This document shows positions 44,781 to 55,063 of a stretch of DNA of 64,000 nucleotides, one piece after another. Below the pieces are notes generated by a model. The model did no database searches, was not told the origin of the DNA, and was given only the letters and a program-made list of their open reading frames with translations. Numbering within the stretch: position 1 is the first letter of the stretch; each line of letters begins with the position of its first letter. Source of the stretch: Marinobacter sp. Lineage in GTDB: Bacteria; Pseudomonadota; Gammaproteobacteria; Pseudomonadales; Oleiphilaceae. A program made the translations under genes and the position numbers. The DNA is taken from NCBI RefSeq assembly GCF_040882185.1, contig NZ_JBBEBW010000001.1:48816-112815 (forward strand), read 5' to 3'.

Positions 44781-45668
44781 ATGAGAATACTTTTGTTTCT
44801 GGCAACCAACCTTGCTGTCATTCTGGTGGCCAGTTTTACGCTGCGTATACTCGGTGTCGACAGCTACCTGACTCAGAACGGTATCAACTATGAGTCGCTT
44901 TTAATTTTTGCGGGGATTTTCGGCTTCGCCGGCTCCTTTATATCTTTGCTGATATCCAAACGAATGGCCAAGTGGGGTACCAAGGCCAAGGTCATCGAGA
45001 ACCCTCGCACGCCTGCGGAGCGTTGGTTAGTGGATACCGTCGCCCAGATGGCCAAACAGTCGGGTATCGGCATGCCCGAGGTTGCGATATTCCCGGCGAA
45101 GCAATCAAATGCCTTTGCGACTGGCTGGAACAAGAACAACGCTCTGGTGGCCGTCAGCGAAGGCCTGCTACAACGGTTTAACAAAGATGAGATACAGGCA
45201 GTACTCGGTCATGAGATCGGCCACGTGGCCAATGGCGATATGATAACGCTCGCGCTCATTCAGGGGGTGGTCAACACCTTCGTTATTTTTGCTTCACGGG
45301 TTATTGGGTCATTTGTGGACCGGGTCGTGTTCAAAAATGAAAGCGGTCATGGCATCGGCTTTTTTGTAGTGAGCATTGTGGCGGAAATCGTGTTGGGTAT
45401 TCTTGCCAGCACCATTGTGTTCTGGTTCTCTCGCCGCCGAGAGTTCCGCGCCGACATTGCAGGTGCCCAACTGGCTGGCCGGGGCGCCATGATCAACGCC
45501 CTCGCACGACTGAAGCAGGAAAGTGAAGTACCCGATGAGATGCCCGAAAGCTTACAGGCGTTTGGGATCAACCGCGGGGCTCGAGGCGGTCTGAGCGCGC
45601 TGTTCATGACCCACCCTCCGCTGGAAAAACGCATAGCAGCGTTAAAGCAGAATTCGGCATTGGCGTGA
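44781..45668 (+). CDS. htpX: Membrane zinc metalloprotease HtpX
   Basis: [52 protein letters not shown]. Confidence 0.95.
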   Translation: MRILLFLATNLAVILVASFTLRILGVDSYLTQNGINYESLLIFAGIFGFAGSFISLLISKRMAKWGTKAKVIENPRTPAERWLVDTVAQMAKQSGIGMPEVAIFPAKQSNAFATGWNKNNALVAVSEGLLQRFNKDEIQAVLGHEIGHVANGDMITLALIQGVVNTFVIFASRVIGSFVDRVVFKNESGHGIGFFVVSIVAEIVLGILASTIVFWFSRRREFRADIAGAQLAGRGAMINALARLKQESEVPDEMPESLQAFGINRGARGGLSALFMTHPPLEKRIAALKQNSALA

Positions 45669-45806
45669 GCCCCAATGCCGTATCATTTCAAGGTAGGATG
45701 GCGAGCGATCAAATAAATTGTCAAAATAACTCCAGATGCTCGCTTCCCGTGTAATATTTCGGACATAATTACGGCTTAGTCTGGGACGAATCCTTGGAGG
45801 AACACT

Positions 45807-45989
45807 ATGACGGAGAAAAAGGAAATGATGCAGCAGGAAAAGCAGTCAGAAGATTTGATGAACGGCGCCGCGATCATTCTTTCTGATGGTCGGGAAGTAC
45901 CTATCACCGATACCATGGTGCGTCAGTCCCTTGATGCCATGGTCGAGCCCATCAATGATCCGTCGGAGCAAAATTCGGCGTCGTCCTGA
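45807..45989 (+). CDS. Small acidic protein, PA1571-like family
   Basis: Strong SD GGAGG; core GAAII.SDGREVPITDTMV resembles the recalled PA1571-family motif. Confidence 0.7.
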   Translation: MTEKKEMMQQEKQSEDLMNGAAIILSDGREVPITDTMVRQSLDAMVEPINDPSEQNSASS

Positions 45990-45998
45990 TGCCGAAAG

Positions 45999-47150
45999 TC
46001 ACAATTTCAGCCTGAAACCCAAGCCTTTGAAGACATCCTGAAGCGACCGGCTGGTACCTTTAAGCTGAATTTTCACACTGGAAAATTCCCGCCGCACCGG
46101 ATAGTCGTGACGAAGGCGGTCGAATTCCCTGCCTCGTTCAGCAACAGCCAGTGTCATCGTACTTCGTAATTGAGCATCATCGCGTCTGGGGTCGTAGCAT
46201 GCGCGAATGGCTGTACCGGAAGCGTCCGGTGCCTGCGCAGAACTGGTAAAGGCAATCTTGGCTAACGCAGGTTCCGGCAGAAACTGACCACTACGCTTGC
46301 GTGCGGGCAGTCCCAGAAAACGACATAGAGCCTGATAGATCATCTCGGTACCCTGCACTTTCCCTTCCAGGCTGTAGCCTGCAATATGTGGCGTCGCCAA
46401 CCACGAGAGCGCTACCGTCTCGGGATTAATGCCCGGCTCGTTCTCCCACACGTCGAGAGCGACTGTTGGCGCATCGGGCTGCTGCAGGCGTTCACGCAGA
46501 GCTGTTTCATCGATAACTTCACCCCGGCTACTATTAATCAACAACTGACCCGCGTTCATACGTGCCAGCCTCGCAGCATCAATCATGTGAAATGTCGGAT
46601 GCTCTCCATCACGAGTCAACGGCGTGTGGATGCTCACGACATCACAGGCAAGAGCTTCGTCCAGAGCGACAAACAGATTTGAGTCTGTCTCTTCTGCCTC
46701 ACGGAACGGGTCGCATACCTTGATATCGAAACCGAGCCTTTCCAGTGTCCGCCAAAGTGCGCCACCTACGTTACCGGCGCCCACAATGCCTACACTACGG
46801 GCGGCCCAATTGGCTCGGCCCGTGCGTTCGGCCCAAAGCGACAGCACGCTGAGAACGTACTCCACCACACTATTTGCATTGCAACCCGGCGCGCAGCAAA
46901 AAGTGATACCCCGGCTTGTCAGATATTCTCTGTCGACATGATCCGTACCGATGGTGGCGGTACCGACAAACTTGACGCGGCTGCCCTCCAGTAATGCGCT
47001 GTTGACGCGGCTGACCGAACGGACAAGCAGGATATCGGCGTGCCGCACATCTTCGGCGGTCATATCACGGCCGGATACACGGCGAATCTGTCCAATATCC
47101 TCGAAAAACGCATCCAGCAGCGGGATGTTTTCATCAGCTACGATTAACAT
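45999..47150 (-). CDS. pdxB: Erythronate-4-phosphate dehydrogenase
   Basis: MLIVADENIP, LLVRSV, FVGTATIGTDH, CNANSVVEY, LDVWENEP, TPHIAGYSLEGK. Confidence 0.95.
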   Translation of the reverse strand: MLIVADENIPLLDAFFEDIGQIRRVSGRDMTAEDVRHADILLVRSVSRVNSALLEGSRVKFVGTATIGTDHVDREYLTSRGITFCCAPGCNANSVVEYVLSVLSLWAERTGRANWAARSVGIVGAGNVGGALWRTLERLGFDIKVCDPFREAEETDSNLFVALDEALACDVVSIHTPLTRDGEHPTFHMIDAARLARMNAGQLLINSSRGEVIDETALRERLQQPDAPTVALDVWENEPGINPETVALSWLATPHIAGYSLEGKVQGTEMIYQALCRFLGLPARKRSGQFLPEPALAKIAFTSSAQAPDASGTAIRACYDPRRDDAQLRSTMTLAVAERGREFDRLRHDYPVRREFSSVKIQLKGTSRSLQDVFKGLGFRLKL

Positions 47151-47165
47151 GTTCAATCCCGTGAT

Positions 47166-48473
47166 TCAGGCTCGCCGCTGGCGCGGCCGTTGATTGCGGG
47201 CGGCCGGGGGACGTCGGTTACCACCCCGACGCCGGGCTATGACCGGCTGTTCAAGCGGTTGCATGAGATCTTCCTCGGGAACACTCGATGTCAGTTTCTG
47301 GCCGATGTAACGCTCGATAGCCGGCAGGGAGAATGCATCGTCTTCGCTGGCAAAACTGATGGATATGCCGTTCTGTCCCGCCCGTCCGGTGCGCCCGATA
47401 CGATGGACATAATCTTCCGCACTGTCTGGCAGGTTGTAATTGAAGACATGGGTCACTCCGTCCACATGGATACCACGCCCCGCCACATCCGTAGCAACCA
47501 GAACCTGAATATCCCCGCGTTTAAACTGGTCGAGGGTTTTAAGGCGCTTGTTCTGGGGGATTTCACCAGACATCAGAGCGGTCTTGACACCTTGATTGCG
47601 GAGGTCTTCGTCCAGATCCCGGCATTGGTCACGGCGGTTGGCAAATACCAGCGCTTTTTCCACGCCGTCTTTCTTCAGGCAGTTGACCAACACCGTCAAC
47701 TTTTCATCACCACCGACAAAATAAACGGTTTGCTGAACCCGCTCTGCAGTCTTTTGCTCAGGTTCAATCTCAACAAACTCGGCATTGCGCGTCCACATGG
47801 AAGCAAGGTTCAGTACATCCTGGTTAAAGGTAGCGCTAAACAGCAAGGTCTGACGATCTTCCTTGGGTGTGCATTTACGGATGATGCGTTTGACGTCGGG
47901 TATAAAACCCATATCCAGCATGCGATCAGCTTCGTCCAGAATGAGCAGGTCAAGCTGGTCAAGGAATACATCCTGGGAACCCAGAAAATCGATCAGGCGA
48001 CCCGGAGTTGCAACCAGAATGTCCACGACTTCGTTTTGCAACTGATCCCGCTGCTTATCATAGTTCATGCCTCCAACGACCGTCACAACGTTATGACCGG
48101 TATAGCCGCAGAGTTCTTCAGCATCTTTGGCGATCTGCATCGCCAACTCCCGGGTCGGCGCCAGCGCCAGTACCCGCGGCTCGGATGCGAACCGGTCTGC
48201 CTCCGGAATAGGATTTTCCAGCATACGCTGGATGCCGTTGATCAGAAAGGCAGCGGTTTTACCTGTGCCCGTCTGGGCCTGACCGATCAGATCCTTACCA
48301 GCAATGGTAAAAGGCAGGGTTTCCGCCTGAATCGGCGTGCAGTATTCGAAACCGATATCCGTAATCGCATCGAGTAAACGCTGGTCGAGACCAAGGTCAA
48401 CAAAGCGTGTTTTGCCCTCAACGACCGGCACTTCGGGTCTTTGAGCGTTTGTTCGGGTTGTGTCTGATGGCAC
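47166..48473 (-). CDS. DEAD-box RNA helicase, RhlB-like
   Basis: AQTGTGKT, PTRELA, TPGRLID, DEAD, SAT, HRIGRTGR, Arg-rich tail. GTG start at 48473 behind GGAG. Confidence 0.92.
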   Translation of the reverse strand: MPSDTTRTNAQRPEVPVVEGKTRFVDLGLDQRLLDAITDIGFEYCTPIQAETLPFTIAGKDLIGQAQTGTGKTAAFLINGIQRMLENPIPEADRFASEPRVLALAPTRELAMQIAKDAEELCGYTGHNVVTVVGGMNYDKQRDQLQNEVVDILVATPGRLIDFLGSQDVFLDQLDLLILDEADRMLDMGFIPDVKRIIRKCTPKEDRQTLLFSATFNQDVLNLASMWTRNAEFVEIEPEQKTAERVQQTVYFVGGDEKLTVLVNCLKKDGVEKALVFANRRDQCRDLDEDLRNQGVKTALMSGEIPQNKRLKTLDQFKRGDIQVLVATDVAGRGIHVDGVTHVFNYNLPDSAEDYVHRIGRTGRAGQNGISISFASEDDAFSLPAIERYIGQKLTSSVPEEDLMQPLEQPVIARRRGGNRRPPAARNQRPRQRRA

Positions 48474-48513
48474 GTGTATCTCCACAGCCCTTGAATGGGC
48501 TGACAGTTCACAT

Positions 48514-49086
48514 TTAGTCGGTAACGCTGCAGGCTACCGAGTCTGGTTCGGCATCACACCGTGCGTTCCAATCGTCTAAAAACCGGTGCGTTGTGCCGTA
48601 GAAATTCAACAGAACCTTATGGAAAAATGCTGCCCTCACTGGCAAACCGCTCGTAATGTAGGCATCGGCCTGATTAACCACCTGGCGGCGAAATTCCGTG
48701 GCGTCTGCTGCCCCACCCCCAGACAGGTTATCAGTACTGAGGTGAAAGGTTTTTCCGGCTGCTATTGAAAACAACCATTCAAGCGCCTGTGGTTTGATTT
48801 CCACCTGCTCAAACGCTTGTTGCTGTTCATTCGTACGTCCGTCGGGACAGTACCAGTAGCCGTAGTCGGGAAGCGAGCGGCGAGATGAACCGGCGATAAA
48901 CCAGTGGCTGATTTCGTGAAGCGCGCTGGAGAAATAGTCGCGCGTGAATACAATCCTGGCAGGACCATCGGGTCCAACGGCAGGAATGTATTCCGGTTCA
49001 TCGCCGTCCCCGATCAATTCTGTCTGGTATGATTCCAGGAACAGCTCGTTGAACAGCATGATAAGATCATTTGAATGGTGGCTCAT
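48514..49086 (-). CDS. epmC: Elongation factor P hydroxylase (YfcM)
   Basis: GDEPEYIPA, IVFTRDYFSSALHEISHW, DYGYWYCPDGR, FEQVEIKPQALEW. Confidence 0.9.
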   Translation of the reverse strand: MSHHSNDLIMLFNELFLESYQTELIGDGDEPEYIPAVGPDGPARIVFTRDYFSSALHEISHWFIAGSSRRSLPDYGYWYCPDGRTNEQQQAFEQVEIKPQALEWLFSIAAGKTFHLSTDNLSGGGAADATEFRRQVVNQADAYITSGLPVRAAFFHKVLLNFYGTTHRFLDDWNARCDAEPDSVACSVTD

Positions 49087-49246
49087 GCGTTGGCTATTGT
49101 GCGACTTTAGCGCGTTCAATACCAGTGGGAACTTTATTTCAGCAGGTCACTCAAAGCTAGCTGATCTGCGTTGAAGCCCGACCGCAGGCTAGTAAAAAGC
49201 GATAGAACGTGAGCCTTCGGGCACAAGTAACCAAACAGATGAAACT

Positions 49247-51175
49247 ATGCCACCAACGCAACAACCTGACTTGTCCTCCACGCACCGGATTGCAAACCCG
49301 TTTCGATTTTTGCGCGACACTCGCCATTTATTCGTTCTTGTTGCTCTGGCACTGTGTTTTGCAGTGCTATCGCTACCTGCACAGGCGAACTGGCTGACAT
49401 CTGGTCCGAACGACGGCTTCTTGCCTGTGGACGAAGCACTGCCATTTGATTTTACGACCGAACCGAACGGTGTGGTTTTGTCGTGGGACATCGCCCCTGA
49501 ACACTATCTGTATAAAGAGAGAGTGTCTGTTAGCTCCGAAACCAATGGCGTGGTATTGGGTACCCCGACCTTTTCGATGCCAGGCACGGAAACCGAAGAC
49601 GAGTACTTCGGCAATGTCACCGTCTTCTATGAGCCGGTAGAAGCCCGGGTTGCCGTTACCTTACCCGACGGCATTCGCGAGGCAGAGTTGGAGGTCACAT
49701 ATCAGGGCTGCGCGAATGCGGGCCTGTGCTACCCACCTCAGACCCGGGATGTTCTCTACTATGGCGGCTCGGGGAACACTGATTCCGCGATCACTGATAC
49801 GCCATTGTCCGGAACCGTCAACACCAGCTCTATATCTATAGCACCCGCCGCTCCCTCGGACACCCGTTCCGCCGGCGGGCTTGCCGGCTTTCTGGCTCAG
49901 CAATCCCTGGCTGTGGTCGCATTGGTGTTTTTGGCACTGGGGCTCGGACTGACCTTTACACCGTGCGTCCTACCGATGGTGCCGATCATTTCTGCACTGG
50001 TTTCCAGTCGCAACACCCAAACCACGGCTCATGCGCTGCTATTATCATTCAGCTATGTGCTGGGCATGGCCCTGACCTATGCCGCTGCCGGGGTTATCAC
50101 CGGCCTGCTTGGCGCGAGCTTTAATTTGCAGGCGCAATTACAGTCTCCCTGGGTGCTGAGTGCGTTCGCGGCCCTGTTCGTATTGTTCTCGCTGGCAATG
50201 TTTAATGTTTTTGACCTGCAGTTGCCCCGGTTTCTACGGGACCGGCTCAATGAAGCCAGCAGCAATCTGACCAGTGGGCGGGTTGCCAGCACCTTTCTGA
50301 TTGGCGCAGTATCTGCGCTGATAGTATCGCCCTGCGTGTCCGCGCCGCTGGCGGGCAGTCTTCTTTATATCAGCACAACCCAGGATGCTGTCGCCGGGGG
50401 CATCGCCCTGTTTGCGCTGGGCCTGGGCATGGGCATCCCCTTGATCCTGGTGGCTGTAGGAGGGCGGAAATTTTTACCCGCTTCCGGGCCCTGGATGAAT
50501 GTCGTCAAAGCCTTCTACGGCGTAATGCTACTCGCTGTGGCGATATGGTTGATCGAGCGCATGGCACCGGGCTGGGTGGCTCTAACGCTTTGGGGGTTAC
50601 TGGCCGCCGTTACCGGCGTGCAACTCGGCGCGTTTGATCCGGCGAAACCGGGTTGGCAGCGCACCTGGAAAGGTCTGGGCATGGTGGTTTTCGTCTATGG
50701 GCTGGCATTGTTGGCGGGCGCTATTTCCGGTGCCAATGATCCTATACGCCCGCTCGCCCCCTATCTGGCCAATCAAAACGCTTTCGGACCAGATCAGGTT
50801 GCCCATGCAGAATTCACCCGCCTCGAAAGCCCGCAGGATGTTCAGCGGGAGCTCAATAATGCGGCAGCTGCGGGCCGTCCTGTCATGCTGGATTTCTATG
50901 CAGACTGGTGCATCAGCTGCAAGGTCATGGAAAGAAACGTGTTCAGCGATCCGGCGGTCATAAGCGCCCTTGGCCCTATCACCCTGCTGCAAATCGATAT
51001 GACAGACAACACGCCCGAACAGCAGCAGTTTCTTGATGAGCTGGGACTGTTCGGGCCACCGGCCATTCTGTTCTATCAATCTGGAGGTCACGAAGCGCAG
51101 AACCTCCGGATACTCGGCGAAATGGATCGGGATGAGTTCCTCGCCCACCTCGGAGAGGCCAGGCAATATCTTTAG
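49247..51175 (+). CDS. dsbD: Thiol:disulfide interchange protein DsbD (alpha, beta and gamma domains)
   Basis: YQGCANAGLCYPP, FTPCVLPM, SPCVSAPL, FYADWCISCK. Confidence 0.95.
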   Translation: MPPTQQPDLSSTHRIANPFRFLRDTRHLFVLVALALCFAVLSLPAQANWLTSGPNDGFLPVDEALPFDFTTEPNGVVLSWDIAPEHYLYKERVSVSSETNGVVLGTPTFSMPGTETEDEYFGNVTVFYEPVEARVAVTLPDGIREAELEVTYQGCANAGLCYPPQTRDVLYYGGSGNTDSAITDTPLSGTVNTSSISIAPAAPSDTRSAGGLAGFLAQQSLAVVALVFLALGLGLTFTPCVLPMVPIISALVSSRNTQTTAHALLLSFSYVLGMALTYAAAGVITGLLGASFNLQAQLQSPWVLSAFAALFVLFSLAMFNVFDLQLPRFLRDRLNEASSNLTSGRVASTFLIGAVSALIVSPCVSAPLAGSLLYISTTQDAVAGGIALFALGLGMGIPLILVAVGGRKFLPASGPWMNVVKAFYGVMLLAVAIWLIERMAPGWVALTLWGLLAAVTGVQLGAFDPAKPGWQRTWKGLGMVVFVYGLALLAGAISGANDPIRPLAPYLANQNAFGPDQVAHAEFTRLESPQDVQRELNNAAAAGRPVMLDFYADWCISCKVMERNVFSDPAVISALGPITLLQIDMTDNTPEQQQFLDELGLFGPPAILFYQSGGHEAQNLRILGEMDRDEFLAHLGEARQYL

Positions 51176-51209
51176 CGTGTCCCGGTTCAGATTGCCCCAG
51201 GAGAGATGG

Positions 51210-51449
51210 TCAGCCGCCCCGACGGATAAAAAAAATGAACTCTTTTCCCCGTTGAGCTTCAAGCACCAACTCGTGCTGTAAGAACTGGCAGAAGCGCGGC
51301 ACATCGCGAGTGGTAGAGGGATCCGTCGCTGTAACTTTCAATATGCCGCCTTCGACCACCTCTGACATTTTTCCATGCAGCAGCATCACTGGCTCCGGGC
51401 ACATCAGGCCGCGGGCGTCCAATTCAAGATCGAAGTCCGGGTCTTCCAA
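51210..51449 (-). CDS. tusA: Sulfurtransferase TusA
   Basis: LDARGLMCPEP, ATDPSTTRDVPRFC. Confidence 0.92.
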   Translation of the reverse strand: MEDPDFDLELDARGLMCPEPVMLLHGKMSEVVEGGILKVTATDPSTTRDVPRFCQFLQHELVLEAQRGKEFIFFIRRGG

Positions 51450-51571
51450 AAGATCTCTCCTGCAGTTAAAGACGGCGCATTAACTGTGCCAATCACGAAT
51501 CACATGCTAAATTATTATTTATAGATATCAAATAGAAAACTAAAACCGTATGTCGCTAAACGAGGTAATAC

Positions 51572-51856
51572 ATGATCCGGGTTTTGATCGAACGCCACAT
51601 TGCCGTCTCTCTGGAGTCCGCCTATGAAGAATGCTCCAGATCCGTCCTTCGGCAAGCCATTGACGCAACAGGCTTTGTCTCTGGAGAAACCCTGGTTGAC
51701 GCCAGCGACCCGAACCACCGCCTCACACTCTGCAACTGGCGTTCTTCCGCCGACTGGGATCGTTGGTACCATTCTGCTGAACGCAAGGAACTGATGGCTA
51801 ACCTGTTACCGATGATGGATAAGGAAGAAAAGGTCACGGTATTAAAACAAAGCTGA
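51572..51856 (+). CDS. Antibiotic biosynthesis monooxygenase (ABM)-family protein
   Basis: MIRVLIER...GFVSGETL...W.S..DW..W..S.ER; SD GAGG. Confidence 0.8.
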   Translation: MIRVLIERHIAVSLESAYEECSRSVLRQAIDATGFVSGETLVDASDPNHRLTLCNWRSSADWDRWYHSAERKELMANLLPMMDKEEKVTVLKQS

Positions 51857-52933
51857 TCAATCCAAACGCTCAATAAAGCAGGTAATCTCCTCACGGTCAT
51901 GGTAGAGGTGACGGGCCTGCAGCCGATGTTGAATCCCGGCGCCAGCCAGACCCTCGTTAATGGTCTCCCTGCAGAGCAACCACTCTTCATATCGTTTCTT
52001 CATGGGCAGTTTGAGATTGAATACGCTATACCGACACAGCCGATTAGCGAACCAGTCAACCGCCAGCCGGGCGGTTTTCCTGGGCTGATCAACGATATCG
52101 CATACCATCCAGTCAACCGAACGGTGGGGCCGCCACCGGAAACCATCAGCTTCAATGTGCTCAACATGTCCACTGGCCATCAGGCCAGCATCCATTGGGC
52201 CGTTATCAATAGCCGTCACCAGCATACCGTGCTTGACCAGTTGCCATGTCCAACCACCGGGGGCTGCACCCAGATCCACCGCTTTCTTGCCACCCCCCAG
52301 CAATTCGAGAGTACGTTCTTCAGGAATAAAAACTTTCCAGGCTTCTTCCAGTTTCATTGCAGATCGGCTTGGCGCAGCTGAAGGCACTCGCAGGCGTGGG
52401 ATGCCGCCGGCAAACGGCGACCGGTTACCACCCCGACTGATTCCAACCAAAGCGGTGGCAAAATCCGGCAGATAAATCTCAAGACGGTTTTGGTCCGGAC
52501 TCGCAGACGCCTCGCCCAGCATCCCCGCTCCCCGCAATCCTTTGGAGAGGGGCGAGGTCCACTTGCGAGCAAAATTACCCAGATCATGATCCGGATTGCT
52601 CTCGGGGATACGGGTCTCGACTCGGCCACAGCCAGTCAAGCGGGATTGAACGTCGCGCAACGCATGGATGACCGCTCCAACACGGTCTGAATCAGGAAGA
52701 TTAATCTCGGTGAGTAACTGGAACCAGTCACGACAGAAGACCAGACGTTCCAACGGAAGAAGATTCATCAGATCTTCGGCGCCTTCCTTGCCACTGACGG
52801 TAAATCTTATACTTCCGCCACCCGCCTGCGGCTGAAAGTAACCGAAAATACCCAGTAGAGCAGCTGCATCGGTAAGTTCACGACCCGCCTCGGACTCGAA
52901 ACCCGGGCGGCAGAACGCAATAATCTGATCCAT
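51857..52933 (-). CDS. rlmM: 23S rRNA C2498 2'-O-methyltransferase
   Basis: FCRPGFE, APSRSAMKLEEAW, AVDLGAAPGGWT, AIDNG, WMVCDIV, NLKLPMK, HLYHDREE. Start 52933. Confidence 0.95.
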   Translation of the reverse strand: MDQIIAFCRPGFESEAGRELTDAAALLGIFGYFQPQAGGGSIRFTVSGKEGAEDLMNLLPLERLVFCRDWFQLLTEINLPDSDRVGAVIHALRDVQSRLTGCGRVETRIPESNPDHDLGNFARKWTSPLSKGLRGAGMLGEASASPDQNRLEIYLPDFATALVGISRGGNRSPFAGGIPRLRVPSAAPSRSAMKLEEAWKVFIPEERTLELLGGGKKAVDLGAAPGGWTWQLVKHGMLVTAIDNGPMDAGLMASGHVEHIEADGFRWRPHRSVDWMVCDIVDQPRKTARLAVDWFANRLCRYSVFNLKLPMKKRYEEWLLCRETINEGLAGAGIQHRLQARHLYHDREEITCFIERLD

Positions 52934-53027
52934 AAGATACCTGATGAAGAATTTGAAACTGTTTAACAGCCTGATGGCCAACCTTCCGGTAAACTGCTCA
53001 GCTCCGATTATGAATGGAAACGAGTTC

Positions 53028-54893
53028 ATGCCACTGATTTGGCGCTGCAACGCCAGCCTGCTGTTTGTGCTTTTGCTGCTGTTCGCGTGTAAGGCTGCGA
53101 TCGCCTCAAACATTCCGGAATACCCATGCGGACAGCTTGCGGCATCCAGTGTGACCGAGCGGCAGCAGCTGCTCAACCACATCTGTTATTTTGCAGCAAC
53201 CGACTCTTCGCCAGCAGCAAGGGCGTCACACCCGGACCACTTGGAAGCACCCAACTGGCAACGGGCGAATGGCAATGATCTGGTATTGACACAAACAGAC
53301 GATACGTACTGGATTCAGTTGGCCGTCACCAACCCATCTACCGCTTCCGGTCTCTGGTATTTGAAACTGGGTTACGCGCCCCTGGACAACGTCCAATTCT
53401 GGCTAACCGGTAGTGGTGAGCGTCGCCATGACCGCCATATTGCCACCGGTGATCACACGCCGTTCCATACCAGAGGTATCAATTACCGATATTATCTGGT
53501 GCCTGTTGCCATCGAAGCCGGTGGGACGAAAACCATTACCCTCAAAATCAAGAGCTCTGGCGCGCTGAACGTTCCATTGTCTCTGGAACAACCTGACGAC
53601 CTGATTGCAGACAGCAATCACCTTACCCTGAGCCACGGTATTTTCTATGGTTCTTTGTTGATTTTCTCCGTTTTTAATCTGTTGCTTTTTTTCAGCTCCG
53701 GTACCCGTTATTACTTTTATAATGCGTTCTACATGGTCTCTACGGGCATGTTTCTTTGCGCTATGGGCGGTTTTGCCTATCAGTATTTCTGGCCGACGAG
53801 CCCGTGGTTTGCAAATGCGTCGATACCCATTTTCCAAGCGCTCAGCGCACTGGCAATAATCTTGTTCGGGCGCTCTTTTCTTGAGATTGACAATCGACAG
53901 AAATTTACAACCAGGCTACTGACGTCGCTCGCCAGCATCAGTGTTGTGTTGTTGATAATGGCGTTTGTGCTTCCCTACACCTACGCCATCAAGCTCAACA
54001 CATTGTTCGGGCTGTTTACGATCGGGACGCTGTTCATAATAGGGCTGCTACGATGGCGGCAAGGTTATGCGCCAGCAAAATGGTATGTGCTGTCCTGGTC
54101 GTTAATGGTAGTCGGCACCTGCATCTACGCACTCGCCGCGTTTGGTTATCTGGCTGACTTCTTGGCCCAGGAAATGTTGATGCACAGCGCTATCGGCGCC
54201 CAGATTGTTCTCCTGAACTATGCCATTGTGCAGCGCTGGCGGCTGCTACATGAAAAACTGCTCGAAGTCGAATACTCTGCCAAGCATGAACTTGAACTCA
54301 AGGTACACGAACGTACTGCGCAACTTAGGGACACTATGCATGATCTTGAGCGCGCGAACCGAAAGCTGGCTGAACTCAGTACTCATGACAGCCTGACCGG
54401 CCTGCATAATCGGCGCTTTCTTGATGCGATGCTGCCTGACATATGCGCTGAATCTCGCCGTACCGGTAAGCCAGCTGCTCTGGTTCTGGTCGATGCCGAT
54501 CATTTCAAAACCCTTAATGACACCTGGGGACACGGTTTTGGCGACGAGTGTCTGCAAAAAATCGCAGATGTCCTGACCAGGCACATCAGGCGCCCCCGGG
54601 ATGTGGTAGCACGCTTTGGCGGGGAAGAGTTTGCACTGGTATTGCCCAACACCGAAGAAATCGGCGCCCTGAATGTGAGTGCTCGAATTCTGGCAGATAT
54701 GGCCGCCACCGAGCTGAATGCGCCGGATGGCAGCAAAACCCACCTTACCTTGAGTGCGGGCCTTGCCATCCTCACTCCTGGGGAGAGCGAATCAGCACTG
54801 TTCGCCAGAGCTGACGATGCGCTCTACCGGGCAAAAGCCAGGGGTAGAAACCGCTCGGAGCTGTCCGATTCGGGCCCGGACATCGACCCTTAG
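53028..54893 (+). CDS. 7TMR-DISM extracellular sensor plus 7TM plus GGDEF diguanylate cyclase
   Basis: Signal peptide, YWIQL...APLDNVQFW, 7TM region, DSLTGLHNRR, DADHFK.LNDTWGH.FGD, RPRD I-site and GGEEF. Start uncertain (52944-53028). Confidence 0.9.
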   Translation: MPLIWRCNASLLFVLLLLFACKAAIASNIPEYPCGQLAASSVTERQQLLNHICYFAATDSSPAARASHPDHLEAPNWQRANGNDLVLTQTDDTYWIQLAVTNPSTASGLWYLKLGYAPLDNVQFWLTGSGERRHDRHIATGDHTPFHTRGINYRYYLVPVAIEAGGTKTITLKIKSSGALNVPLSLEQPDDLIADSNHLTLSHGIFYGSLLIFSVFNLLLFFSSGTRYYFYNAFYMVSTGMFLCAMGGFAYQYFWPTSPWFANASIPIFQALSALAIILFGRSFLEIDNRQKFTTRLLTSLASISVVLLIMAFVLPYTYAIKLNTLFGLFTIGTLFIIGLLRWRQGYAPAKWYVLSWSLMVVGTCIYALAAFGYLADFLAQEMLMHSAIGAQIVLLNYAIVQRWRLLHEKLLEVEYSAKHELELKVHERTAQLRDTMHDLERANRKLAELSTHDSLTGLHNRRFLDAMLPDICAESRRTGKPAALVLVDADHFKTLNDTWGHGFGDECLQKIADVLTRHIRRPRDVVARFGGEEFALVLPNTEEIGALNVSARILADMAATELNAPDGSKTHLTLSAGLAILTPGESESALFARADDALYRAKARGRNRSELSDSGPDIDP

Positions 54894-54930
54894 GCCTCAA
54901 ATCATGATCTCCACCTTCGATCCAATGCAG
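54889..54930 (-). pseudogene. C-terminal relic of an alpha/beta hydrolase (KANL3/Tex30-like) upstream of ccoN
   Basis: Minus strand reads LHWIEGGDHDLRPK, resembling the HWLEDGDHDLKP catalytic-His motif. The frame has an upstream stop at 54952-54954 and no start. Confidence 0.55.
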
Positions 54931-55063
54931 ATTACGCCTGAAACGTCGTTCTCAAACTGCAAGGTAACTTACTGATCTCAAACGTGCTTGAAAAGGTCGT
55001 AAAAGCAGTCGTTTCAAACATCAGTAAAATCACCCATGTTGCTGATTTGAGCGGCTTAGTGGC

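Noticed and set aside
47190-48377. 395-aa plus-strand ORF
   Set aside because: Antisense shadow of the DEAD-box helicase.
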